Part shown: in pieces, positions 53,006 to 63,354 of the stretch
Position numbering within the stretch: position 1 is the first letter of the stretch
Layout of the letters: every line of letters starts with the position of its first letter
Origin: an uncultured Chloroflexia bacterium
Lineage (GTDB): Bacteria; Chloroflexota; Anaerolineae; CG2-30-64-16
Assembly: GCA_963810095.1 (NCBI GenBank)
Contig: CAWEMM010000012.1
Location: 544,001 to 608,000, forward strand
DNA length: 64,000 bases
Reading direction: 5' to 3'
Notes under the pieces: generated by a model
Told to the model about the DNA's origin: nothing
Seen by the model: only the letters and a program-made list of their open reading frames with translations
Databases searched by the model: none
Translations under genes and position numbers: made by a program

Positions 53006-53118
53006 TAGTATCGATCCAAGAATTAGCTGGGGCCGGTCTCTGACCGTGCCCCGCCTGGGCCGGGAGCCGGTAAAACTGGCGTACGAGACCGGCCGGAGCA
53101 TTTTCGGATCGATCCTTA
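53006..53118. mobile_element. MITE-like element (family C), copy 2
   Basis: GTATCGATCCAAGAATT...GGCCGGTCTCTGACCGTGCCC...GAGCATTTTCGGATCGATCC; matches the reverse complement of 30593-30685. Confidence 0.6.
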
Positions 53119-53520
53119 GTAAATGACGCGGCGGGGAAGCACCTTCGCGTGTTCGACCCAATTCGAGACCTCGCGCTGCGTGGGCAGCCGGCGCACCAGG
53201 CGCTTCTCCTCGTTCACCTCGGTGATCTTGTTGAGGAGGTTAACGGGGTTGCGCTGGGCCAACTCGGGCACCGTATCCACGCCCGCAGCCTCGAGCAGAT
53301 CCGAGTATTCCTCGGCGACACCCTTGATCCGGAAGAGATCGGCGCGATTGACCCAGTCAAGGATTCTTTCGTGGGGAATGCCGGTCTTTTCCTCGATCTC
53401 ACGGCGCCCCTGGGGCGTCGCGCCCTTGCCGAGGAGTGCTTCCGTGGTCACGAGACCAATTTCGAACAACTTCTCCGCGTAGGCATCCCCGATGCCCTCG
53501 ATCTGCTTGAGGTTCGCCAT
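53116..53520 (-). CDS. DUF4332 (helix-hairpin-helix) protein
   Basis: IEGIGDAYAEKL, WVNRADLFRIKGV, LLEAAGVDTVPELAQRN. Confidence 0.85.
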   Translation of the reverse strand: MANLKQIEGIGDAYAEKLFEIGLVTTEALLGKGATPQGRREIEEKTGIPHERILDWVNRADLFRIKGVAEEYSDLLEAAGVDTVPELAQRNPVNLLNKITEVNEEKRLVRRLPTQREVSNWVEHAKVLPRRVIY

Positions 53521-53881
53521 GGTGCGCCTCCGTAGGTGGTGAATATGGGAAGTCACGAGACGAAAGAGGATGTGTGCAACAGGTCGGGTCGGCAGGAGAC
53601 CTTGTGCTCACAGCGCAAGTATACGCGCTTCTCGGCAAAACGCAATTCCTAATTCGTTCGTGAAGCCTTGCCCTGATCAACAGCAAAGAGTGACATACCC
53701 GAAAACTGGTACGCGCGCCAAGCTCTGTACCCAATTTCACCAGCCGCATCTCCATCACCCTTGCGATGCCGCGAGCCTTGGCTTCCTCTATACTCTGACT
53801 GTAAGCATCGATTTTGATCCTGTCTCATCATGCAGCGTAAGCGCTGCGTCCATCCCGCCCAAGCGCCAACTGGAGGATACC

Positions 53882-56246
53882 ATGGCAGTCACCATCTCCT
53901 ACGAGCTTTCCGCTCCCCTCCCCGACGAGGCCAGCGGGGCCACGGACACGATCCAGACGCCCGCGCGCCCGGTGTCGCCGGTCTGGCACAGCGCGCGGCT
54001 TGGACTGGAGCGCGGGGCGCAGTGGGTCGTCGCCATCATTGGCGGCCTCAGTATGATCGAGTTCGGCACCGGTCTTGGCTGGCTTGCCGATTTTGTGATC
54101 GGCTTCCTGGTCATCGGCCTGCTCTACTCGGGCTTGAACGCGCTGGTTACGCTCCTTTGGAAGCTGGCCCGCGAACTGGTCAAACTCGCCGGCCGCCTTC
54201 TGAGCCGCTGGCTGCCCGAAGAGAAAGCCATGGCGCCCTATCGCTTGATGAACCGCATTCGCGGGCAGTCCATCGGCGCGGTCATTGCCCCGCTTGCCAT
54301 CATCATGATGGACAAGGTCAAGATCGGCGGCGCGAGCATGATCAGCCAGCCGGGGGTGACGGAGAGCCTGATCCCGTTCGCGATCGTTGCGTGCGTCCTC
54401 GGGTCCGTGGCGACGGTCGCCACGCTGAAGCCGTGGGTTCGCATCACGACTGCAGCGCTCGCCGTCGTCGTCCTCGCGGCGCCCATCGCCTGGTACCTGT
54501 GGCCGGGTACGAGCGGCTACCTCGCCCGGCCCGACTACGAGGCGTTGGCCGGGTTCCCCGAGTTTACCTTTGAAAACCCTGCCCAACCCGGGCCTTACGC
54601 GGTACAGACCATCACCTACGGCAGCGGCCAGGCGCGCCGGCCCGAGTTCGGCAAGGCAGCCGGCCTGATCACGCCGACCGTGGACCCGTCGAAGGCATAC
54701 GGCGGCTGGGACGGCATGGGTGCGGCCTACACAGGGTGGCTCTTCGGCTTCGACTTCAAGCACCTGCCGCTTGCCGGCGACGTGTGGTATCCCGAGGGGA
54801 ATGGACCGTTCCCGCTGGTCCTGATCGTCCACGGCAACCACATGGCATCCGATTATTCCGACCCGGGCTATGCGTACCTGGGCGAGCACTTCGCCAGCCG
54901 CGGCTTCATCACGGTGTCGGTGGACGAAAACTTCCTGAACGGCCATGCGCTGTGGGACGGCAAGGGCAACGAAATGCCGGTCCGGGCGTGGATGCTGCTC
55001 AAGCACCTCCAGGTTTGGCGCGAGTGGAACGACACGCCGGGCAATCCCTTCTACGGCAAAGTGGACCTGGACCGGGTGGTCCTGATGGGGCACTCTCGCG
55101 GCGGCGAGGCGGTCGCACATGCAGCGATGCTGAACAACCGGCTGAATGCGCCCACGAGCAGGCTATCGGTCGACGGCGAGTTCGGTTTCGGCATCCGCGG
55201 CGTGGTGGCAATCGCCCCCGCGGACGGCCAGTGGAAACCCATGGGCACGGATCGCAAAGTAACGGACGTGAGCTACCTGCTGATCCAGGGTGGACACGAC
55301 CAGGACCTCTCGTCGCTGGCGGGCATCCGGCAGTACAACCGGGTGAACTTCGAGGCCAATCCGGACGCATTCAAGGCGGTCGCGTACATCTACCGGGCGA
55401 ATCACGGGAACTTCAACACGATCTGGGCGGACCGCGACCACGGCGCCTCGGCCTCCATGACGCTGAACCGGGCGGCCCTGCTTGCAGGTGAGGAGCAGCG
55501 GACTGCGGCAAAGGTCTTCATGACCGGCTTCCTCGAGGCAACGTTGCACGACAAGGCCGAGTATCGCAAGCTGTTCGTGACGCCGGCCGGCGCGGCGCAA
55601 GTGGCTGCCCGACGATATCTTCGTGACGGAATACCAGGACGCCAGTTTCAAGGTCGTGAACACGCACGACAAGCCGGGCAAGATGGACAGCGCGGACATG
55701 GTCGACGCAAAGGCGAGTTTCTCGGGGCTCGTGCAGCCTGCACGACCCGCGCTCCTCCTCCGCGATGGCGTAGCACAGCAGAACTCGGCCTTCCTCGCCC
55801 AGTGGGAGGCGGGCGCGAACCCGACCTACAGCCTGACCTTGCCGCAGGGGTCAGACGCGAATTTCGCCCTGAAGGGGGACGAACGGTTGGCTTTCGAGCT
55901 CGGGCAGGCAGGGGACACGCCGGCGCCGGTCTACGTGACCGTCGAGTTGGTGGATGCGCACGGAGCCGTAGCCGTGCAGCCGGTGAACCGCTATGGCGTC
56001 GTGGCGCCGCTTATGCCGGCCAAGCTGGAGAAGTCAAAGCAGGTCTCGCAGGTACTGGGCTACGATTTCTTCGCTAAGGTGAAGACGCCCTACGAGCGGG
56101 TGCTGCAGAGCTTCGAGATTCCGCTGTCGGCCTTTACCACCGTCAACCCGGAGTTCGATGCAACGCAGATCAGCACCATCCGCTTCCGCTTCAACGACGA
56201 GCAGCCGGGCAAGGTGTATGTGGACGAGATAGGGTTCAGGGGATAG
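53882..56246 (+). CDS. Membrane-anchored alpha/beta hydrolase (frameshift near 55595)
   Basis: N-terminal TM helices; VWYPEG, LIVHGNH, GHSRGGEA, ANHGNFN; C-terminal beta-sandwich ending VYVDEIGF. Confidence 0.8.
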
Positions 56247-56270
56247 GCAAGCGGGTTCTCCTCGCGGGAG

Positions 56271-56317
56271 CATGGGCCGCTATCACGGCGCCGCTGGCGC
56301 CGTGATAGCGGCCCATG
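56271..56317. terminator. Perfect 22-bp hairpin between convergent genes
   Basis: CATGGGCCGCTATCACGGCGCC-GCT-GGCGCCGTGATAGCGGCCCATG. Confidence 0.7.
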
Positions 56318-56322
56318 TTGCG

Positions 56323-57123
56323 TCAGGGCGCGATCGCCATTGACAGGATGTAGCTCGCCGTTCCTGTCCCCGCGGCGACCCGGACATTGATCTGGTAGTC
56401 CTGCGTGCTGGGCAGCACGAGGGTGAAGAACGGATCTCCGACCTCCACCCGCTTGTAAGGCTGGCCGTCGGTCAGGCCGACCACGGAGAAGTTGGCGCTG
56501 CGGTTGGCCGAGACCAACGCCACCCGCATCCACTGGCCGCCCCGGGCCCGCACGACGTACGACTTCATCCCCGTATCGCTGACGCGCCCCTGCACGCTCG
56601 CCACAGTTGCGCCCGGCGGGAAGTTGATCCGTTCGCCCTGGGGCGGCGGCTCCGGCGTTCCGCCACGGGCAATAATCTGCACGTAGAACGGGGTTGCGCC
56701 GCTGGCGCCGAGACCGAATAGCTGCCCGTTCGACCGCCGGAATTTCCAGTCGCTGCGATAGACGCCTTCGGCGGCGGGCGCCTGCATCTTGATGCTGATG
56801 TTCGCGCTCTGCCCGCCCTTCACCGATTCGTTCAGCGGCACCCGGGTCGCGCTGGTCATCATTGTGCCGCCCACCATCTCGAGGCTATCCACGCTCGTCC
56901 CCGGGCCCCACGGGCACGTCCCATCGTTGCGCAGGCGCCAGGTCTTTACGAACGGCTTGCCGGGCGCGGTGATCGTGTTGTCCGGCATGGTCACGTCGCT
57001 GATAAAGGTCGCACGATACGTACATGCGGCTTTTCGCGGCGACTGGGCCCCGGCGGCCGGTGCGCCAAACGCCAACAGGATGAGGATCAAGGCAATTGTT
57101 CGAGCCACTACGTGCGCTTTCAT
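56323..57123 (-). CDS. Secreted NBR1-Ig-like domain protein with C-terminal PPC-like domain
   Basis: Signal peptide; ATFISDVTMPD, FVKTWRLRNDGTCPW; ERINFPPGAT. Confidence 0.8.
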   Translation of the reverse strand: MKAHVVARTIALILILLAFGAPAAGAQSPRKAACTYRATFISDVTMPDNTITAPGKPFVKTWRLRNDGTCPWGPGTSVDSLEMVGGTMMTSATRVPLNESVKGGQSANISIKMQAPAAEGVYRSDWKFRRSNGQLFGLGASGATPFYVQIIARGGTPEPPPQGERINFPPGATVASVQGRVSDTGMKSYVVRARGGQWMRVALVSANRSANFSVVGLTDGQPYKRVEVGDPFFTLVLPSTQDYQINVRVAAGTGTASYILSMAIAP

Positions 57124-57788
57124 CCAGTACCTCCCACACTTAACGTCCAGGGCGGCCTGTCGGCCGTGGGGAGCATCCCGGCTGCGGCCGCCCACAGTCC
57201 CAACAGGTTCACGTTCCGCTTGGGTTGGTCGTGGCGCAGCGCCGGCTGGCTGCGCAAGTAGGCTACCAGCGCGGCCGCATCCTCGTCGGTCAGGCCCGCA
57301 TACTGCTGTGTCGGATGACCGATGAGCGGCAGGCCCACCTTGTCGACACCCTCCCGGATTGCCCGGACCAACTCACCATCCGTCCATGCCTGGACGGGCC
57401 CACCCGGCGTTAGGTTCCGCCCGTATATCGCCCCGTAAGGTCCCCAGCCCGCCGCGAGGTTTGTCGCTCCACCGTTCAGATACGGGCCGCCATCCGCCGA
57501 GTGACACGGGACGCACGACTGCGCCAGCGTCTGGCCCCGGCTAACGAGCTCGGGCGTCGCAACCACCTTGAGGGCAACGGCCGGCCGGGCACGCGGCACA
57601 TTCGTCTGCCACAACCCGTAGAAGGCCCCCCCGATGGCCGCGACAACCGCCAGCGTCAGCAGCCCGCTGAAGAAGCCGCCCACGATCTTGACTGCCAGCT
57701 GCTTGGAGCGGATCGCTCTGAGGAAAAGCGTGAAGAAGACGTACGCGAGGAAGATCAGCATCGCGAGGCCGAGCAGGTTGAGCAACAT
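57120..57788 (-). CDS. Membrane-anchored c-type cytochrome
   Basis: Two TM helices, CVPCH heme motif, NLTPGG...WTDGELVRAIREG. Confidence 0.8.
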   Translation of the reverse strand: MLLNLLGLAMLIFLAYVFFTLFLRAIRSKQLAVKIVGGFFSGLLTLAVVAAIGGAFYGLWQTNVPRARPAVALKVVATPELVSRGQTLAQSCVPCHSADGGPYLNGGATNLAAGWGPYGAIYGRNLTPGGPVQAWTDGELVRAIREGVDKVGLPLIGHPTQQYAGLTDEDAAALVAYLRSQPALRHDQPKRNVNLLGLWAAAAGMLPTADRPPWTLSVGGTG

Positions 57789-57817
57789 GACGTCCTCCGC
57801 TGTGAATCCGGCAGCCG

Positions 57818-57940
57818 TTTACGCCCGGCCCATTCTGCGCTAGAATGCCAGGATCAGCCTCGCAGCCCGCCGGCAAACCGTCGTCGTGAAGTGATTCTAG
57901 CGCAAGCGCGAAGCAAACTCAAGTGTGACGCAAAGTCACA
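57818..57940. promoter_or_regulatory. Face-to-face sigma70 promoters plus CRP/FNR-like site
   Basis: Plus strand TTTACG(57818)-N17-TAGAAT; minus strand TTGAGT(57922)-N17-TAGAAT; TGTGACGCAAAGTCACA at 57924-57940. Confidence 0.5.
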
Positions 57941-57979
57941 TGTGACGCTCACATGTGACGCTCACGTGTCACGCTCAAG
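57941..57979. repeat. 13-bp tandem repeat x3
   Basis: TGTGACGCTCACA TGTGACGCTCACG TGTCACGCTCAAG. Confidence 0.75.
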
Positions 57980-57991
57980 TACCGAGGTGTC

Positions 57992-58816
57992 ATGGGCAAT
58001 CTGGCCCCACCCGTCAGCCAACTCGATCGCACGCCGGGGATCGTGCTCATCCTCGCGGCGATTGCATTCTATATCATCGCAGCCATCGCCCTGTCGCTCG
58101 TCTCGCGCCGGCTCGCCCGGCCCATCGTGGTGCTCGGCCGCCGGCTTCCGGGGAAACACACGATGGCCCCGTCGCGGCAGAAGACGCTCGAGAGCCTGAT
58201 CGCCAGCCTGATCTCCCTGCTCGGCTTCGTGCTGGCGCTGGTGGGCGTTTTCTCGTTATTCGTCGACTCCGAGCGGCTTATCTGGATCATCGGCCTGTTC
58301 AGCGCAGCATTTGGGCTCGGTGCGCGCGGCCTGGTCGCAGACATCCTCGCCGGCACCCGGTTTATATTCCGCAACACTTTTACCATCGGCGAGAAGGTCG
58401 AGCTCAATGTGGCCGGGGTCGTGGTCGAAGGCACGGTTGAAGAGGTCAACGTCACTAACACGTTGGTCCACGCGCTGTCCGGCGAAGCCTACGTCGTGCC
58501 GAACGGCGACATCAGCGTCATCCGCAACTTCAGCCGGGCGCCTTACTCCGCCGCCCGCATCAAGTTCCTAATCAAGAGCGAGCACCTGGGCCACGCACTG
58601 GACGCGCTGGGCGCCATGGCCGGCCGTGCCGAGGCTGAGGTTTCAGAGCTGATCGAACCCTTTCAGGTGCTGTCGACGTCTGATACGATGGGAAATAAAG
58701 TCGAGTTGACCATCATGGCGCACTGCGCCTATGCTAAGGCCGCGACGGTGAAGCTGCGGCTTATGGACCTGGTCTACCACGGGCTGCGCGAGGCCGGGGT
58801 AGAGGTCGTCGATTGA
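57992..58816 (+). CDS. mscS: Small-conductance mechanosensitive channel family protein
   Basis: AFGLGARGLVADILAG, FTIGEKV, GTVEEV, VPNGDI...RNFSR. Confidence 0.85.
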   Translation: MGNLAPPVSQLDRTPGIVLILAAIAFYIIAAIALSLVSRRLARPIVVLGRRLPGKHTMAPSRQKTLESLIASLISLLGFVLALVGVFSLFVDSERLIWIIGLFSAAFGLGARGLVADILAGTRFIFRNTFTIGEKVELNVAGVVVEGTVEEVNVTNTLVHALSGEAYVVPNGDISVIRNFSRAPYSAARIKFLIKSEHLGHALDALGAMAGRAEAEVSELIEPFQVLSTSDTMGNKVELTIMAHCAYAKAATVKLRLMDLVYHGLREAGVEVVD

Positions 58817-58832
58817 GGCCAAGGAGTGATTC

Positions 58833-60001
58833 ATGAAACAGACCCAATTATTGGCCCGTATCACTGCCCTGTTCGCCATCGTGGCGCTGCTTGGTGCGGG
58901 CTGTGCGCCCATTCCCGTTGGTCCGCAACCGGCGACGTCGCCGACGTCGGCCGTCTTCCTCCCCGGGGTCGCGGCCGCTCCTGGCGCCCTGACGTCGCCC
59001 TTGCAGCCGACCGCCGTCATCACCGGCACAACCGCACCCTTGCCGACGCCCCCACCCACGCCGACTTCGTGGGAGCCGACCGCAACACCCTTGCCCACGC
59101 TCGTCGGCCCGACCTGGGAGTGGGTGTCGTCCACGTTTAAGGACGGGACCGTACTCGCCCCCGGCGATCCGTCCCGCTATACCTTCCAACTGCTGGGAGA
59201 CGGCAACGCGCTGGTGCAGGCCGACTGCAACTTTGGCACCGGCACTTACGAGGAGTCGGGCGCCAGCATCTCGTTCGGCGCGATCGGCACGACGAAGATG
59301 GCCTGTCCCCCCGACTCGATGGATTCGGCCTTCCTCGCGCAACTGAAGAACGCAGCCACGTTCACCCTGGAAGGGGACAACGCCGTGCTGTCGCTCGAGG
59401 ACGAGGCGGGAACAATGCAGCTGCGGCCCGTGCCGGGTGAGGCGTCCGCCTCCACGCCGGGAACTGTGGCACCCGCCGCTTCGTCGACACCGCTGCCGAC
59501 CGACACGCCCTGGCCTGCAACGGCCCAGCCACCGGCACCCTCTGCCACACCGACCGCACTGCCGCCGCCCCTACCAACGCCCGCGCCCGTCCTGATCGGC
59601 ACGCCGGTGGCCCTGCCGACCGGCGTCGACGGCAGCGCGGCGGCGCGCTGCCCGCGCTTGCCGGTACGAGCTGGGTGCTGACAGGGCTGATCGCCAATGG
59701 GCAAGCCATTCCCCCGCTTGGCGACGCGCCCGTGACCCTGGAGGTCGATCCGAACGGCGGTCGCATCAGCGGCACGACGGGGTGCAACCTGTATCGCGCG
59801 ATCCTGAACAGCGATGCGAACGGCGCCACCATCATGGGCCCGGCCCTGATGACCCAGAAAGCGTGCGCGGCGAACCTGATGGTGCAGGAAGTCGAGTTCA
59901 TCGACTCCCTCCTGCGCACCCACAGCTACACGGTGAGTGGCACCGAGCTGACGCTGCTGGACACGGGAGGACAAACCCTCCTGGTGTTTGCAAAGAAGTA
60001 A
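58833..60001 (+). CDS. Lipoprotein with two META (HslJ) domains and P/T linkers (frameshift near 59655)
   Basis: GAGC lipobox; ADCN...TKMACP; TTGCN...TQKAC. Confidence 0.82.
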
Positions 60002-60055
60002 CCGGCGGCAGGCAGCAGCAGGTGTTATCGAATTGAAGACGCTAGAAAGTAACAG

Positions 60056-60763
60056 ATGCAAGAAAGAAGACCGGTGCGCCAGCCTTCGGGCTGGCGTTAC
60101 GTATTGATAGGCGTATTGACCTTTGTCTTTGCGGCATCGCTGTTGATGGCCGGGTTGGTGCTCGGGGGCGGCGCCGCGCTCGTCGACCGGGTGCTCCAGG
60201 GCTTCGGCCTGGTTCCGAGCGCCGCACCTACGCCCACGTTCATCTCTGGCGACGCCATCGTGCAGGAAATCCGCCAGGTGAGCCGGCTGGAAACGACGAC
60301 CTACACCATCGAGCGCGTCATCGAGGCGAAGCAATCCGACCCGGCCTGGCCCGATTGGCTGCGCGGCGACCGGCTGCTCCTGATCGCCAACGGGACGGTG
60401 GTTGCGGGGGTGGACCTGGAGAAACTGCAATCGAGCGACGTAGTCGTTGGCCCCGACGGCCGGTCCGTGACGGTGACCCTGCCGCCTGTCGAGATCTTCA
60501 ACCCGAACAGCATCTTGAACAACGCCAAGACGCGCGTGTACGACCGCCAGACGGGCCTGCTTGCCGTGCCGAACCAGGACCTGGAAACCCAAGCCCGCCA
60601 GGCCGCCCAGGGTCAACTCCTACAGGCCGCGTGCGACGAGGGCGTCATGGATCGTGCGGCCGAAGACTCGCGGGAGGCAGTCAGCAAGATGCTCTCGCTC
60701 TCAAATCTCCAGGCGACCGTGCGCGCCGCTCCGGTGCCCGATTGCCCGTGGGGGTCGGAATAG
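60056..60763 (+). CDS. DUF4230 domain protein
   Basis: N-terminal TM; [27 protein letters not shown]. Confidence 0.82.
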   Translation: MQERRPVRQPSGWRYVLIGVLTFVFAASLLMAGLVLGGGAALVDRVLQGFGLVPSAAPTPTFISGDAIVQEIRQVSRLETTTYTIERVIEAKQSDPAWPDWLRGDRLLLIANGTVVAGVDLEKLQSSDVVVGPDGRSVTVTLPPVEIFNPNSILNNAKTRVYDRQTGLLAVPNQDLETQARQAAQGQLLQAACDEGVMDRAAEDSREAVSKMLSLSNLQATVRAAPVPDCPWGSE

Positions 60764-60792
60764 AACCGGCAGGCGGCACCTGCAAGTGAGCC

Positions 60793-60807
60793 AGAAACCA
60801 GGTTTCT
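60793..60807. repeat. Single family B palindrome
   Basis: AGAAACCAGGTTTCT. Confidence 0.6.
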
Positions 60808-60810
60808 TCT

Positions 60811-62080
60811 TCAGGAGCCGGCAGGTTCCGCCGTACGCCAGGTCGAGCAGTTGCATCGTGTGGTAGATCGCCAGGGGCTGCCCGTTGCGCTGCAGGTGGG
60901 TCTTGATCTGCACCAGGCAGCCGATGTTGCCTGCCGCGACCGCATCCGCGCCGGTCCTCAGGATGTTCGCGGCTTTGCGCTGCCCCAGCCGGGCCGCGAT
61001 CTCGGGCTGCTCGATGTTGTAGGTGCCGGCGGAGCCGCAGCAGATCTCCCCTTCGGGGATTTCGACCAACTCCAGATTCGGGATGGCCCGTAAGAGCTGC
61101 CTCGGCGGCGCGGTGACGCCCTGCGCGTGCGCGAGGTGGCACGCATCGTGATAAGCCACCTTGAGCGACTGGGGCAGTGGCGGGGGCGTCACGAGCCCCA
61201 GCTGGGCCAGGAACACGCTGACGTCGACGGTGCGGCCGGCCAGCAGCCGGCCGGCTTCCTCCTCGGGCAGCCCCGCGAACAACAGCCCATACTCGCGCAT
61301 GCCCGATCCGCAGCCCGCCGCATTCGTGATCACCGCGTCGACGTCGCCGGGAAAGGCGGCCAGGTTGCGCCGCGCCTGGCTGCGCGCCCGATCCTGCTCG
61401 CCCTGGTGCATCAGCAGCGCACCACAGCACCCCTGCCCCTGCGGAATGACGACCTCGACACCGTTCCGAGCCAGCACCCGCAGCGTTGCCCAATTGATCC
61501 CCGGGTCTAGCACCTGCTGCACGCAGCCCGCCAGCAGCGCCACACGGGCCCGCCGGACGCCTTGAGCCGGATACAAGGCCGGGAGCGGCCGCGCAGGCGG
61601 GAGACTGTCGGGCACCAGGTGCAGCATCGGCCTCAGAGCGGCGGGGGCGAGCACCTGCACCGGCCTCGTTGCCTTGCCCAGCCGTGCCGCGTGCCGGAAG
61701 CGCGCGGGATAGGGCAGCGTCTCCCGGATCAGCATCCGCCGGACCCGGTGCATGACCGGGCGCTTCCGCCGGCCTTCCGTGTACGCTCGATAGGAAGAGA
61801 CGAGTTCCCCGTACTGCACGCCCGAAGGGCACGCGGTCACGCAGCCCAGGCAGCCCAGGCAGCGGTCGATGTAGGGCAGGGTCTCCTCCAGGGATAGCTC
61901 CCCTTCTAGCGCTGACTTCATCAGGAAGATGCGGCCGCGCGGGGAATCCATCTCCTCGCCCAGTTCCCGGTAGGTGGGACAGGCGGGCAGGCAGAAGCCG
62001 CAGTGGACGCACGCCTCGATGGCATGCGCCATGGCGGGCCCCTGGGCACCTAAAGTCTCGACTCGAATCTTATGTTGCAT
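60811..62080 (-). CDS. glcF: Glycolate oxidase Fe-S subunit (ORF reads to 60701; true stop probably 60811)
   Basis: [52 protein letters not shown]. Confidence 0.9.
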
Positions 62081-62135
62081 CGGCCTCTAAATCATTCGCA
62101 GCATCAAAACGCGTCCCGGCCCCGGCCGGCCTGCC

Positions 62136-63219
62136 TCATCGCACGGGGAAGCGTCCGCCCGGGTTCATCGCGGACCGCACGCGCTCCTCGAACGGCCGGC
62201 CGTTCGAAACCCCGAGTCGCACCTTCGCGCCCCCACCCATCAGGACAAGGGCCGGCAATCCCAGGGTGCGCAGGGCGACTGTCGATCTCCGCAACGGGCG
62301 CGTTGGTCGCCACCCAACCCACCTGGCCCCCGCCGCTGTACCGCCGTAGCACGCCGGGATCGAGCCCGAGAAGCGCGGCCTCCACATCGGGAATCTGGCG
62401 CGGCGTGAGCGGGATCTTCAGCAGAGTCCACGGTCTCGGCGCCCAGCGGAGCTCTTGCACGTCTTCCCACAGCGCGGCGTCTGCGTCGCCCGTGACGGCC
62501 GTTGCGCGCTCGAGCAGGCCTGCCAGGCGCTCGAGCCGCTCGGGGAGTGCCTCGGGCAGGCCGGCGAGCCGCGCCCAAACCGCATAGCAGTGGGGTCCGC
62601 CCGGCACCAGGTCGAGCGCGTGGATATCCATTCCCGACGCGGCAGCCTTGTGCAGGACGTCGACGGCCTCCGGCGGGTCGACGCACGGCACGACAAGAGT
62701 GGCATACGCCCGCGGCGCCGGGAACACCTTGAAAGTCAGCTCGGCCAGTATACCGAACATACCCAGGCTGCCGGCCATCAGCTTTGGGATGTCGAATCCG
62801 GCCGCGTTCTTGACCACCTTGCCCCCGGCCTTGATCAACTGGCCGCCGGCATCCACGTAGCGCACTCCCAGGATAAAATCGCGCACGCCGCCATAGCGGT
62901 ACCGGCCCGGACCGCTCAACCCGCTGGCCGCGGTCCCGCCCAGCGTAGCGCCGGTCTTCACCAGGGGTGGATCGAAGGGCAGGAACTGGCCGTGGTCGGC
63001 GAGCACCGAGCTAATGAACGAGAGCCGGGTCCCGGCGTATGCGGTAAACGTATACTCGCCCGGCTCGTACTCGAGCACCCCCGCCAATCCGGTCATGTCG
63101 ATCTGCTCCACACCCGGCAGGGGCGCGGAGAGTGCCGTCTTGCTCCCACAGCCCACTGCCTGCACCTGTGGCGCAGACAAGACCGCCTCACACAATTGCT
63201 CCACCTTCGCCGGCTTCAT
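62136..63219 (-). CDS. glcE: Glycolate oxidase FAD-binding subunit (frameshift near 62275)
   Basis: YEPGEYT, FDPP, ATLGGT, GLSGPGR, GGKVVKNAAGFD. Confidence 0.88.
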
Positions 63220-63257
63220 TGCCACCCCAGGCATATACTCCTCCTGAGACTGAGGAC

Positions 63258-63349
63258 AACCACGAAGTCACCAAGTCACCAGGTCCCATAAAGAAGACCG
63301 ATCACAAAAATCGCTGTGTGAAGCCTCGTGTCTTGGTGTCTTTGTGGTT
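63258..63349. repeat. Family A palindromic repeat
   Basis: AACCACGAAGTCACCAAGTCACCAGG ... CCTCGTGTCTTGGTGTCTTTGTGGTT. Confidence 0.75.
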
Positions 63350-63354
63350 CACGT

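Noticed and set aside
57924-57979. Possible mini CRISPR array
   Set aside because: 13-bp units are directly adjacent with no spacers, and no cas genes are present
58990-59620. Low-complexity repeats in the META protein and in ABC lipoprotein N-termini
   Set aside because: Ordinary Pro/Thr/Ala linkers, not DNA-level elements
60701-60810. C-terminal extension of GlcF overlapping DUF4230
   Set aside because: Read-through into a repeat, probably caused by one extra G; the shifted frame stops at 60811
6569-62300. Calling frameshifted genes pseudogenes or programmed frameshifts
   Set aside because: Too uniform across unrelated genes, no consistent slippery motif and no in-frame stops noticed; assembly error is more likely
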